A stretch of 63,282 nt of DNA, the filler included, from Cercozoa sp. M6MM (lineage: Eukaryota; Protista; Endomyxa: Ascetosporea), in NCBI GenBank assembly GCA_040357565.1. It is 11 parts of 11 records of this genome, joined end to end, with 100 filler letters (N's around TTAATTAATTAA, not from the genome) between each part and the next. Parts side by side here need not be neighbours in the genome. Positions count along the whole stretch, not along the records: positions 52,845 to 55,984 come from JBDODJ010001596.1; positions 56,085 to 60,645 come from JBDODJ010001107.1; positions 60,746 to 61,873 come from JBDODJ010002157.1; positions 61,974 to 63,282 come from JBDODJ010002065.1; 7 more parts are not named here. One strand, given 5' to 3'. Numbering within the stretch: the first letter of the stretch is position 1; each line of letters opens with the position of its first letter. The position numbers were made by a program, and so were the translations under genes. Positions 52,860 to 63,282 of the stretch are shown here, in pieces. The notes below the pieces were generated by a model. That model saw nothing but the letters and a program-made list of their open reading frames with translations, ran no database searches and was not told the DNA's origin.

Positions 52860-54005
52860 GGTAAAACTGTACCAGTGGCGGCATTCTCGGTGACAGTGAC
52901 CGTGTTGGGAAAGAGTTGCACCAGATGTGCCACCGTCGTGGCCAGCGACTCGACGATCGCCGAGTCACTCGAGATATCAGTGGGACGCGGACAGCCTGTC
53001 ACACACCACAAGCTTCCGCGCGGAAGTGCACAACTGTGTGTGAGAAATGAATGATACCAGCAGCGACACTATCGAAACAGCCGTGCACCGAGATGCCGAT
53101 GTTGTTGTCGTTCGCACCGCCCGCATGCGAACCACGGATCTGTTAAATCGGGGGGGGGGGGGGTAAAGGGCAAATGAGAGTCAAGAGGCTCAAGGAAGGC
53201 AAGAAAGCGATGCTACAAATCGCGGGAACGGCCAGCCGTAGCGGTTCGACTTGGGTCCCAGGAACTCGCTGGGCCAGTAGTGCTCGCCATCGTCAGGGTC
53301 ATCAAAGAAGGCGCGGCCCTGGTATAGCGTGCCCTCGCCGTCCATCAAGAAGTGGTAGCCCACTATACTAGCATCAAGTAGCACCTCATTCAGTCTCATA
53401 TTTTGTATATTTTTGAGTTATTTTTTCATCTAAGATTGTTAGAACGATACCATCACACCAGTTGTTAGAGTCAAGGTGCAGGTTTTGCGCCCATTGGGTC
53501 AAGCTCACACCTTCTGCGCGGTTGTTGGCGAAATCGTAGGCCGCTAAAGCACATATACACTATGAAAGTACACCGAAGAAACACTTAGCCTACTGTGGTG
53601 GATTGTGATGCTCTCCACTGCCGTGAAAGGCACGATATCTTGGTCTGTGCTGCAATCGCAGCCACTGCGTGTCACTCCGGCATTCTCACTACGCCCAAAT
53701 AAAGCTGTGTTCCAATCAGGCAGATCGACAAACACAAACTGCAAAACAATCACACCGCTTTGGGTCATCGTAGCGACGCGCATTCCATTCGTGACGAGGC
53801 ACAAAGGCCGGCAGACGATCCAGCACTGAAGATTGGCACAGAGCGGGCGACTCAGGGGTCACCGGGTGATCGCGGCACAGACTGCCAGACAATACACGCG
53901 GTTCGAGAACATATTACAATGGGAATATGCCAGTCAAATGCACCTGCCCTGCGCCGATGCCTTCGCCGTCACCAGCGCCAAAACACTGACAGACAATTTC
54001 AGCAT
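52860..54005 (-). CDS. Secreted PGRP / N-acetylmuramoyl-L-alanine amidase (Amidase_2), 3' truncated
   Basis: MLKLSVSVLALVTAKASAQ signal peptide; FVPRHEWNAR; ITIHH|T; HLDSNNWCD|VGYHFLMDGEGTLYQGR; GSHAGGANDNNIGISVHGCFD. Confidence 0.9.
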
Positions 54006-54245
54006 CCCTGTGTACACAATAAAGCACGATCGGGTGATGGCTTCTCGTCAAAATTGCAAGTCTCGCATCCTTAACCTGCGCTGCAGGACCGAACTTTAGC
54101 AAATTAAGTGCTTGAGTGTGCCACCGCTTTGTCCGTTTAGGCCATCCTTTACTGCATGCGATCTTAGAACATGGAGTGATTTTTTGCAACGGTGTGGAAC
54201 GCCGGAAGAGCCGGTAGCAGAGTCTAGTTACTAGAAAGATGCAAT

Positions 54246-55920
54246 TCAGACGGCAGCTCGCTTTGTGCGCGATCGTAACACAAGAAACGCGGCCCCCCAG
54301 AAGCAGAACAGCATCGCTGTCAGTTTCACAACACCCCAACGAAAACTCCGAATTCTAAACCACAAGGATAGTTTGCAGTACCGACAGACACGCCGATGTC
54401 ACGAGCGATGTTGTCGGCAGAAAGTTCGAGTTGCTCCAGCACCTGCTCGCCGCGCGTGATGGGGCACACGCCTTGCACCTGCGCTTAGATACACTGCTTT
54501 TGCTCAGTTGACTTGAGCTTACGAATGCCTGACCAGCTGCTCTTGCTTGCAAGAAAAGCTCGCGCCGTCGAATTCGTTAACAGCGTGTACTTCAAAGATG
54601 TACTTGAACACCGAGATCCACTGTATATGTGCGCATAGTTACTCGTCGAGCGTGCGACGGAAGAACCGACTGTACCTGAATCCACGAGATGACCGGCGAG
54701 ATCGAATCCAAGTTCACCAAATATCCCGCGAACTGCATGAGTGGAATCACTGTAACCGGTGCGATTCCCTGCGGTACAAACACACACGCACACACACAGT
54801 AATTCTGTCCTCTGGGCACCTCTTTCTGACCTCATAGGAACCAGAGGCTTACCGAGGCGACATCGACACTTTGTGCCACGGCACCGATCAGGTACTGGAA
54901 ACAACAAGATCAACAGAGTGCCGATACATCGATACAAGCACAGAAGGCAAAGAGTACGCCTAGACCCATGCCGACAAGGGTCAGTAGACACGACACAGCG
55001 TAGAAAATCACAACCTGTGTCAATAAGTTATGGAAACAGTATCAATTCCTTTTTCTGTTGTACTGCCACACAGTAGAGACGTGAAATATGTTACGCGATA
55101 GAAGGGTCCGCGCAGGCCACACATTGGGTAGATAATGACCGTTTGAATCACCGGCCATAAGAACTGAAATGGCACCTGCACAAATCCTACGTATTAGAAC
55201 ACCACGTTCGCAGTCGGTGTACTTCTTACCCAGCTTTCCGAGAAAGTAGACACTCAGCGAGTACACGCCGTTCGCGTGCTCGCGCAGAAAGAGGGTCTTC
55301 TCCTCAGGAAAAGTCAGTGCTGTCGCCATGAGTGCCTTCGTCATAAACAGACAAAGCGTGTATCCCCGAACAATGTATTATCGAGACAACATGTACGTAT
55401 ACGGAATGCTGATATAAATTTACATCGACACCATGGCAAAAAGAAAATCAAACCCTGCCGGTCGTGCACCCCGACCTACAGCGCACTGAAGAAGAATAAA
55501 AATGTACACTGTGCAAGTACTTGATCGTCGTCCATTTGCCAAAACAGCGCGCCCATCAACAACTGCAAAAAAGCCTCTCAGTATCAAACTACCAAAGCCA
55601 ACTGAAGTTGTTACAGAGAGGAATGTGAGTTGCCCGATGCGCGCTCGGAAGGTTTTCGGCGTACGCGTGAAGTGTCGAAAGTCAGCAGTCGTTACTACCA
55701 GCAATGTAAATACAGTACTAGCCACGAGAACACCAACTTACAACCTGTGTGCCAAAGCCAATTCGATGGCCGTTCTTTTTCAGTGTATCGATGTGTGCCA
55801 CGGCCGGGTCCCTGGGGTCGATTAGCGGATGGTAGTATTTCTCAATAGTCTGAGCAACAACTTACTCGATTGGTTTGATCATCTCACCCTCTTCCTGTAA
55901 ACTGCGTTGCCAGGATTCTG
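54246..55920 (-). CDS. ABCG (White-like) half transporter, membrane domain
   Basis: RARIGQL, DRQGLIFF, TFPEEKTLFLREHANGVYSLSVYFLGK, PLMQFAGYLVNLDSI, CPITRGEQVLEQL. Confidence 0.92.
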
Positions 55921-55925
55921 TTGGG

Positions 55926-55984
<59 letters not shown>

Positions 55985-56281
55985 NNNNNNNNNNNNNNNN
56001 NNNNNNNNNNNNNNNNNNNNNNNNNNNNTTAATTAATTAANNNNNNNNNNNNNNNNNNNNNNNNNNNNNNNNNNNNNNNNNNNNCCTCGCGTCGGATATC
56101 ATCGGTATACGTTCCCATATCTGGACCCATCATCGATCAGAGCGAAATTAAACTAAGTCAGCAACGGCGGCAAAAAAAAACTACGTGCCGACAGGACGTG
56201 ACGGGACTGTGCCAGTGGAACGTGTGTCGTTCAGTTTTGGCGTACGGCAGCCGAGCAGCAGGGTAAGTCGACGGAGTGGGT

Positions 56282-58983
56282 TCATTGCTCCTCTTTTTGG
56301 TCATCATCTTCGTGTTCGGCAGCGGCAACGTCGGCTTCCTGTGCACTGGCATGAGCATCAACGTTGCCCTCGACGGCTACGGCAGCTTCCTGTTGCTGCT
56401 GTTGCTGGGCGTCGTCGGCAGTGACACCGGTGGTGGACTTGGCGTCGATGGCGACGGCTTGACTTAGGTTGCGGCCGGCCATGGCGGGCTCCACGATACC
56501 CTGCATCGCCGTCAGGAACTCCTCCCAGGAGCTGCTCTCGCACAGAGTCGATAGGGATCAACCAAGAGTCATTGTCAGGGAGGGGGCTGGGGGGGGGGGG
56601 GGCACATCTCGCCATTTCCGTCCGAGTCGACCTCGCGCAGCATGTCCTTGAGTTCGTCGAGGTCGGCGTCCTGCGCGAACGCGAAGTGGATCTCGTCGAG
56701 ACTGATGCTACCGCTGTGGTCCTTGTCGAGTCGGTCAAAGAGACGCCGCATCTTGGAGACGTCGCTCTCGAGGGCACGTCGCGCCTTGCTGAGCTTGAAC
56801 TCGTCGAACGTGATCTCGCCGTCGCCGTCGATGTCGACCTCGGCGAAGACCTCGTCGGCGCGCTGGCCGGCCTCGATCTCGCCGAGGCCCACCGACGGCG
56901 ACATCAGCATAGAGATGATCTCGTGTCGCTGCAGCTGCCCGTCGCCGTTCGTATCGACGGCGTCGAATGCCTATCATCCCCCGAGTCAAAACTCAACCAT
57001 AGGGGTAAACACACGGACCCGACAGAAACCGTGGTACCTTTCTCAAGTGCTGCGTCTCCTCCTCGGTCATTTCGACCACCAGCTGCTGCGCGAGCATCTT
57101 CTTGAGCTTGCAGCTGCGCTGGAAGTTGCGCAGCTCGTCCAGCATGTCGGCACCAAGTGCCTACACAAAGGGATATATACATAAATGTATATATAACACA
57201 CACAGGAAGCTTACCTCGGTGGCCTGGGCGTCGCCGGCGATCCACGGGTGCGCCAGCGCCTCCTTGATGCCTGCATCCGTCCCACAGATGATATCAATAT
57301 TTATATACCACATATGCGTGATTAATAGTACTGATTCGCTCCTCCGGGTTCAGCTTGAGCAGCTGTTTGATGAAGTCACGCACGTCGTCACTGCCGACAC
57401 ACACACACACATAAAAATAAAACCGAGAGACAGCAACGAGAGACACAGGTAAATTACCTGAGCTGACGGTCCTTGTTCGGATGGAAGCGCACCTGTCCGG
57501 CCAGAATGCTCTGGAAGATGGCCATGTTGGACTTGCCCCAGAAGGGTGGACGACCCGTCACCATCACCTGTCAGTCCAGTCAGTCCAGTTAGTACAGTAT
57601 GGCCAGTCCGGTCACAGAGATAGAACACAGGGCAGGAGGAATGCTACGTAGCAGATGACGCCAATGCTCCAGAGATCGCTCGCCTTCAGCACGGCGCCGG
57701 AGCGTTTGGAGCGCGCATGCTTGCCGTGCTGTCGGCGCTCCACAAAGTCGCGTGCACTCTCGGGTGCCAGGTAGAAGGGTGTGCCCACCTGGAAACAAGA
57801 AGGGTCAAGTGTGGCTCGTCACAGTCGAAACAGAGAGGCACCAGATCGCCGTAATCCTTGTCGTCGTCGACGACCTTTGCGCAGCCGAAATCAATCAGCA
57901 CGAGCGGTGAGTCCTCCGTCTTTCTGTGTCATAGCAACACATACACACAGACAGCCTTTCTATGTCATAGCAACACACACATAAATGTAGGTCAACGTAC
58001 GACTCGAAAACAAAGTTCTCGGGCTTCAGGTCGCGATGCACTGCAGGCACACAAACACGTATATAGTATATATATATATATATATGTATGGGTATGTGTA
58101 GAGTGCAGGTGTCCTACCGATGCTGCGCGAGTGGCAGTAGTCCAGCGCCTGCAGCATGCTGCGCACGAGCGATGAGGCCATCTTCTCAGAGAAGTGGTGG
58201 CACTCCACGATGCGGTCGAAGAGCTCGCCGCCTCGGCACAGCTCCGTCACCACCTACCAAAAAAAGGGTAATCATTACGAACTGTGCTTTTGTGAGAGCG
58301 TGTTGGATGTACCACAAAGTTGTCTCGATCCTCGAGGTCATCGACGAGCTTGATGATGTTCTTGTGCTGCAGCTGACTCAGGATGCTCACCTACTCACAG
58401 TCAGCACTCGTATTTTATAACACAAGTCCTCCCACGTTTCCTCTAATAAGACAACACAAGCTACCTCGTGCTGGAAGAGTTGCTTGTTGCTCTTTTCGTG
58501 CTTCTTCATCAGCTTGAGCGCGAACTCATCGCCGGACTCGAGCTGCTTCACGAGATTCTGCGGCAACAAGGATGTGCGTGCTTTGCATCGAAAAAGCGAA
58601 GAGAGCAACGTACGACTTCGCAGCTGCCGCCAGTACCGAGCTGTCGCACGAACTCGTATCTGTCCCACACCGACTTGAGCTTCTTCTCGTGCTGCTTGAC
58701 GTCGGCCGTCTTGTTGGCGCCGCTGCTTGCACGCGACTCGCGGTTTGACACACGGTGCGCCTGTTGCTCTCCCTTGGGTTCTGTGCACGTATCTTTTGCT
58801 TTCTCTCCTTCTTATCCATTGAAAACCAAGTGGCAGATACCCTGGCTGCCCTGCGGCTGCGTGTCGTCGCTTTGACGCTGGCTTCTGCGTGGAAGCAGCA
58901 GGCAGGTGGGTGAACAATGACCAGCGCAACACGGATACGCACGGGTTGAATTCACGCCATACAACGTACCCACAGATGCCCAT
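56282..58983 (-). CDS. Calcium-dependent protein kinase (CDPK): kinase + junction + 4 EF-hands
   Basis: MGICG N-terminus; LGTGGSCE, ELCRGGELFDRI, HRDLKPEN, DFG, GTPFYLAPE; EF-hands DTNGDG, DIDGDG, DKDHSG, DSDGNG. Confidence 0.95.
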
Positions 58984-59428
58984 GATTGCACTGCGTCCCT
59001 CAAAGTCGGTTAGCGTGCGTCAAATCGTGTCAGCACAAGTAAGAGCAAGGAGCTTGCAAGGCCAGGCTTTAAAAAACGGCTGCTCGCTGAACAGAGAGAC
59101 GTCAATAAGTCAACTGCTTTGAACCAGCACAAGCCCGCACTCGTTGAAGCACCTGCGTTGGTGATCGTTGGCATCAATGGAGCGCCGGGCACTGCATCTT
59201 CTGTTTTTTGTTTTTCACAAAAAATATTAAGGCTGCACTGAAGCACCAATAGACAGTCGTGCTTTGTTGTCGGCCGTTCCACGTGCGTGCTGTTAGCAAG
59301 TAACACGTGGTATGGGACTTATTTTTGCTAATGGAGCTCTTTTCGATCGACACAAATTTCCCACATGTTCTTTCGAACCTTTTTCTGTTCACACGGCCCA
59401 AGGCACACCGTATTAAGCGCAGATTAAG

Positions 59429-60309
59429 ATGTCAACGGAAGGAATTCTAATTAAGGTGCGAACTACCACTGGTCAGACGCATGGTACGAGCAGACTTTGA
59501 GTGGTTCAATGGGTACACACGAGAGACACACGAGTGAGTTTGCTTGCTGCAGAGATCACGGGCGTCTCACTCGACGAAACCGTCGCGCAGTTTCGTCAGC
59601 GTGTGCAGGAAGCAACTGTATCTTTATTTATGTCTGCTTTCCTATCTTAATGTATGTGCGGTTGGCATGTGTGACAGGACGTGGCGCCCGAGAGTCAGCG
59701 CCTGATTTTCACGGGCAAGCACCTGAGCGACGACAGCAAGACGCTTGCTGATGTAGCTCGCTTTGTTGTGCCACCTGAGTATAGGATGCACAAAGTGCTA
59801 ATGACCTGTGTATGTGCAGTACAAACTCGCGGATGGCAAGACGGTGATCCTCGTGAAGAAACGCAGCGCGCAACCGGCGCCGGCTGCGGCTGCGCAGAGT
59901 GCTCCCAGTGCCACCAGTGCTGCCTCTGCTGCTCCTGCTCAGGTAGACCCTTCATTCCTTCCTTCCTCTGACCCTACCTTGGTCCCACCGTTACTCCACC
60001 CTGCCATGTCGGTACAGCCTGCTCCCTCGCAACCACAGCAACCGCAGCCCCAGGCCCAGGCCCAGCAGGTATGCATACTGTATTGTATCTAATGTACGGC
60101 GTATATATATATATATATATGTGTGTGTGTTGGGGTTCCTTGTAGCCGGCAATGGATCCGCTGGCCGCCCTTCTGATGGGCGCCGTCAACCCACCTGCCG
60201 CCAACGCTGCCGACCCTGCCGCGGCCATGGGCAACATGGGCATGGGCATGGGCATGGGCATGGGTATGGGCGGTCTCGGCGACAATCCGTACATTGTTCC
60301 CTCTGCGCA

Positions 60310-60364
<55 letters not shown>

Positions 60365-60459
60365 GTGCCTAATGTCGCAGTGAGATGCTGCGCGCCATGA
60401 TGCAGAACCCGATGATGCAGCAGATGATGCAGCAGATGTCGCAGAATCCGTTTGTCTAT

Positions 60460-60517
<58 letters not shown>

Positions 60518-60634
60518 GTATACTTATGTGTGCTTAGGCAAATGCTGCGACAGATGTTGCTGACGAATCCTCAATTCTCGGCCATGCTGAACGGCAATCC
60601 TTTCCTGCAGCACATGATCAACGATGACAACATG
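59429..60634 (+). CDS. Ubiquilin/Dsk2-like protein (UBL + STI1 repeats), 3' truncated
   Basis: IKVRTTTG...QRLIFTGKHLSDDSKTLAD|YKLADGKTVILVK; MMQNPMMQQMM, LLTNPQF. Confidence 0.9.
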
Positions 60635-61237
60635 GTGTGTGTGTGNNNNNNNNNNNNNNNNNNNNNNNNNNNNNNNNNNNNNNNNNNNNTTAATTAATTA
60701 ANNNNNNNNNNNNNNNNNNNNNNNNNNNNNNNNNNNNNNNNNNNNCAGTGCTGGGGGCACTTGGCGCGCCAGAAATCGCTCTACAACTCACAAAATCCTC
60801 AAAAAACTGTCACAACGACCAGAACTCGGCCAGACCGAGTTTTCTCGTTTTTCTCGAGGCACAGTGTCGCTGAGAACGTGTGCTGCGGTCCTTAGTTGAG
60901 ATTTAGTTGTCTGCACCGGTTTACCGAACTAGAGGCCGTGACGTGCACCAGACAAGGAGAAATCGCTCAAAATGCCGTTTTGATGGCACACTCGGCAAAC
61001 CGCACACTCTGAGGGTACGTGATGCTGTGACCCGATCACTGATCGGCCACCCAACTTTTTGTCAACAACAACTCTACCAATGGTGAGTTACACCCTTTTA
61101 GCTGGTCCAATGGTGTGCGGTTAGTGTGTGCTTGCTCTGTGTGCCCTCAAAACCTCCTTCAGACTCGTTTAACACTCACACTCGGCGATGTTCTTGTAAA
61201 CTTGTGTTGTCTCTGCGCAGACTGTCATGTCTGACTC

Positions 61238-61835
61238 GTGGACTTTGTCCACCACCCGCATCTGCCCCACTGGGGCCTTCCCAACCTCAACCTCAACCTC
61301 AACCTCAACCTCCGTCTCCGCTTACCGCGCCGCTTTCCTCGCTTCCGCTCACGCTCGGCACGGCGTCTGGCCGCTGCCGAGGAGGAGCTGCGCCGCGCCG
61401 ACAAGCAATTCGCGCGTGTGCACCGCAGCTACAGCGTGCTCGTGTTCGAGCAAGCGGCGGCGGCAGTGCGTCGCGCCGAGCAGGAGCTCGCGCTACAACG
61501 CCAACTCGGCCAGCTGGTGGCCGCCCATGCCGCGCTTGTCGCGACCCGTCTGTGTAATTTAAATTTCACCTTCGTTTCCGCTTTGGCGTTTTTCGCTTTC
61601 TTTCAGTTTCACTTTCGCTTTTTTCACTTCGCTTCAATTCCGCTTTTCCACTTTCCCACTTCCACGAAAGTTTCGTCCTGTCGCCTCCCGTCAGTTTGCA
61701 TTTTGTGTCACTCTGTTTTGTGTGTTTCGTGGTGTAGCGGTGCTCGCCGAGTACCGCACTTGCGCCAGCGAACTGCCGCTTTGCGAAGCCGCGACGCCGA
61801 TCAAGCGGTACCGGTTGCACCTGTGCCCTCTATCG
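61238..61835 (+). CDS. Hypothetical coiled-coil protein (partial)
   Basis: GC-rich open frame RRLAAAEEELRRADKQFARV...ELALQRQLGQL followed by a T-rich intron; no family recognised. Confidence 0.45.
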
Positions 61836-61973
61836 TATCGTAGTATCACTGGTTTAGATGCGTGCGTGTTCCCNNNNNNNNNNNNNNNNNNNNNNNNNNN
61901 NNNNNNNNNNNNNNNNNTTAATTAATTAANNNNNNNNNNNNNNNNNNNNNNNNNNNNNNNNNNNNNNNNNNNN

Positions 61974-63068
61974 CCGTGGCCCAGCTTGAGGTCGGCACCA
62001 CTGGGGGGGGGGGAGGGTTAGGGGGATAAAGCTTAAGGGGGTCACGGTTAAGGGGGTAGGGGTAGGGGCTAGGGTAAAGGACAAACACACCAGCCCCAGG
62101 TGTACAGCAGACCGACATCGGAGATGCAGGCCGAGTGGTCCTTGCCGGCATCGATGGCACAGATGAACATGTCACCCAACGCTTGCACTCGCTTCGGCAA
62201 CCACTTGTCCGACACTAGGAGGGGGGGGGGTNNNNNNNNNNNNNNNNNNNNNNNNNNNNNNNNNNNNNNNNNNNNNNNNNNNNNNNNNNNNNNNNNNNNN
62301 NNNNNNNNNNNNNNNNNNNNNNNNNNNNNNNGGGGGGGGGAAGGTTAAGGGGATAAAGCTTAAGGGGGTAACGGTTAAGGGGGTAAATGTTAAGGGGATA
62401 AAGTTAAGGGGATAAAGGTTAAGGGGGTCAAGGTTAAGGGGGATAAAGGTTAACGGGGTCAAGGTTAAGGGGGTAGGGGTAGGGGCTAGGGTAAAGGACA
62501 AACACACCAGCCCCAGGTGTACAGCAGACCGACATCGGAGATGCAGGCCGAGTGGTCCTTGCCGGCATCGATGGCACAGATGAACATGTCACCCAACGCT
62601 TGCACTCGCTTCGGCAACCACTTGTCCGACACTAGGAGGGGGGGGGGTTACGTGGGGGGGGGGGGGGGGTATAACTCCTGTACTGTCCTCGCCGAGACCC
62701 AGACGACCTTGCGACGCCTCGCCCCACGAGTACACCGATCCTGCGGGGGGAGGGGCAAGAGGGTATATAGGGGGTGTGTAGGGGGTAAACAGGGGGTGTG
62801 TAGGGGATAAATAGGAGGGTATATAGGNNNNNNNNNNNNNNNNNNNNNNNNNNNNNNNNNNNNNNNNNNNNNNNNNNNNNNNNNNNNNNNNNNNNNNNNN
62901 NNNNNNNNNNNNNNNNNNNNNNNNNNNGCACTCGCTTCGGCAACCACTTGTCCGACACTAGGAGGGGGGGGGGTAAGCTGGGGGGGGGGTGGGGGTATAA
63001 CTCCTGTACTGTCCTCGCCGAGACCCAGACGACCTTGCGACGCCTCGCCCCACGAGTACACCGATCCT
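61974..63068 (-). CDS. RCC1-repeat protein, internal fragment (exons duplicated across scaffold gaps)
   Basis: VYSWGEASQGRLGLGED|...LPKRVQALGDMFICAIDAGKDHSACISDVGLLYTWG|...LKLGHG. Confidence 0.88.
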
Positions 63069-63282
63069 GCGGGGGGAGGGGCAAGAGGGTATATAGGGGG
63101 TGTGTAGGGGGTAAACAGGGGGTGTGTAGGGGATAAATAGGAGGGTATATAGGGGGCAAATAGGGAGATATATAGGGTGGTATACAGGGAGATAATGTAT
63201 GGGGGATTAATAGGGTGGTATATAGGGGGGTGAACAGGGGTAAACAGGGGGTATATGGGGGTATATAGGGGATGAATAGGCG

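Noticed and set aside
59611-59680. GC donor in a ubiquilin intron
   Set aside because: An in-frame GT donor 6 nt downstream explains the splice
62085-63075. Tandemly duplicated RCC1 exons
   Set aside because: Identical copies sit on either side of 100-N gaps, typical of unmerged overlapping contig ends

Overview
This is eukaryotic nuclear DNA from an intron-rich, gene-dense protist genome, with no prokaryotic operons, rRNA, recognisable tRNA or CRISPR. The window is 11 contigs or scaffolds joined by an artificial 100-nt spacer (44 N + TTAATTAATTAA + 44 N), so synteny only has meaning within each piece. Genes are split by many ~50-100 nt GT-AG introns, so the six-frame ORFs are mostly exon fragments; I spliced exons by eye and boundaries are approximate. 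Recognisable genes: DUF952, NCKAP1/NAP1, GST, an atypical kinase, a filamin+RING-H2 protein, a CHASE/CE4 deacetylase chimera, AzoR, HSP20, DXO/RAI1-like, F-box, MCM6, RPL35A, DLD (3' end), ERGIC3-like, leishmanolysin, Rab1-like, a Methyltransf_16 protein, a 2xSH3 protein, PRP16, a compact DNAJC11, ARMC1, CSN7-like, POP1, GDT1/TMEM165, a PGRP-type amidase, ABCG, CDPK, ubiquilin and an RCC1-repeat protein. A true CDPK points to a non-opisthokont, probably a phagotrophic SAR-type protist (inference). Highlights: (1) a two-TM membrane protein in which an intact CE4 deacetylase appears inserted inside a CHASE sensor domain, with no output domain; (2) a compact J-domain+DUF3395 DNAJC11 lying head-to-head with ARMC1, its reported mammalian partner; (3) bacterial-type enzymes carrying introns (secreted PGRP amidase, acylation-tagged AzoR); (4) strand-biased intronic minisatellites and a small dispersed repeat family. 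All family calls come from motif recall, not database searches.
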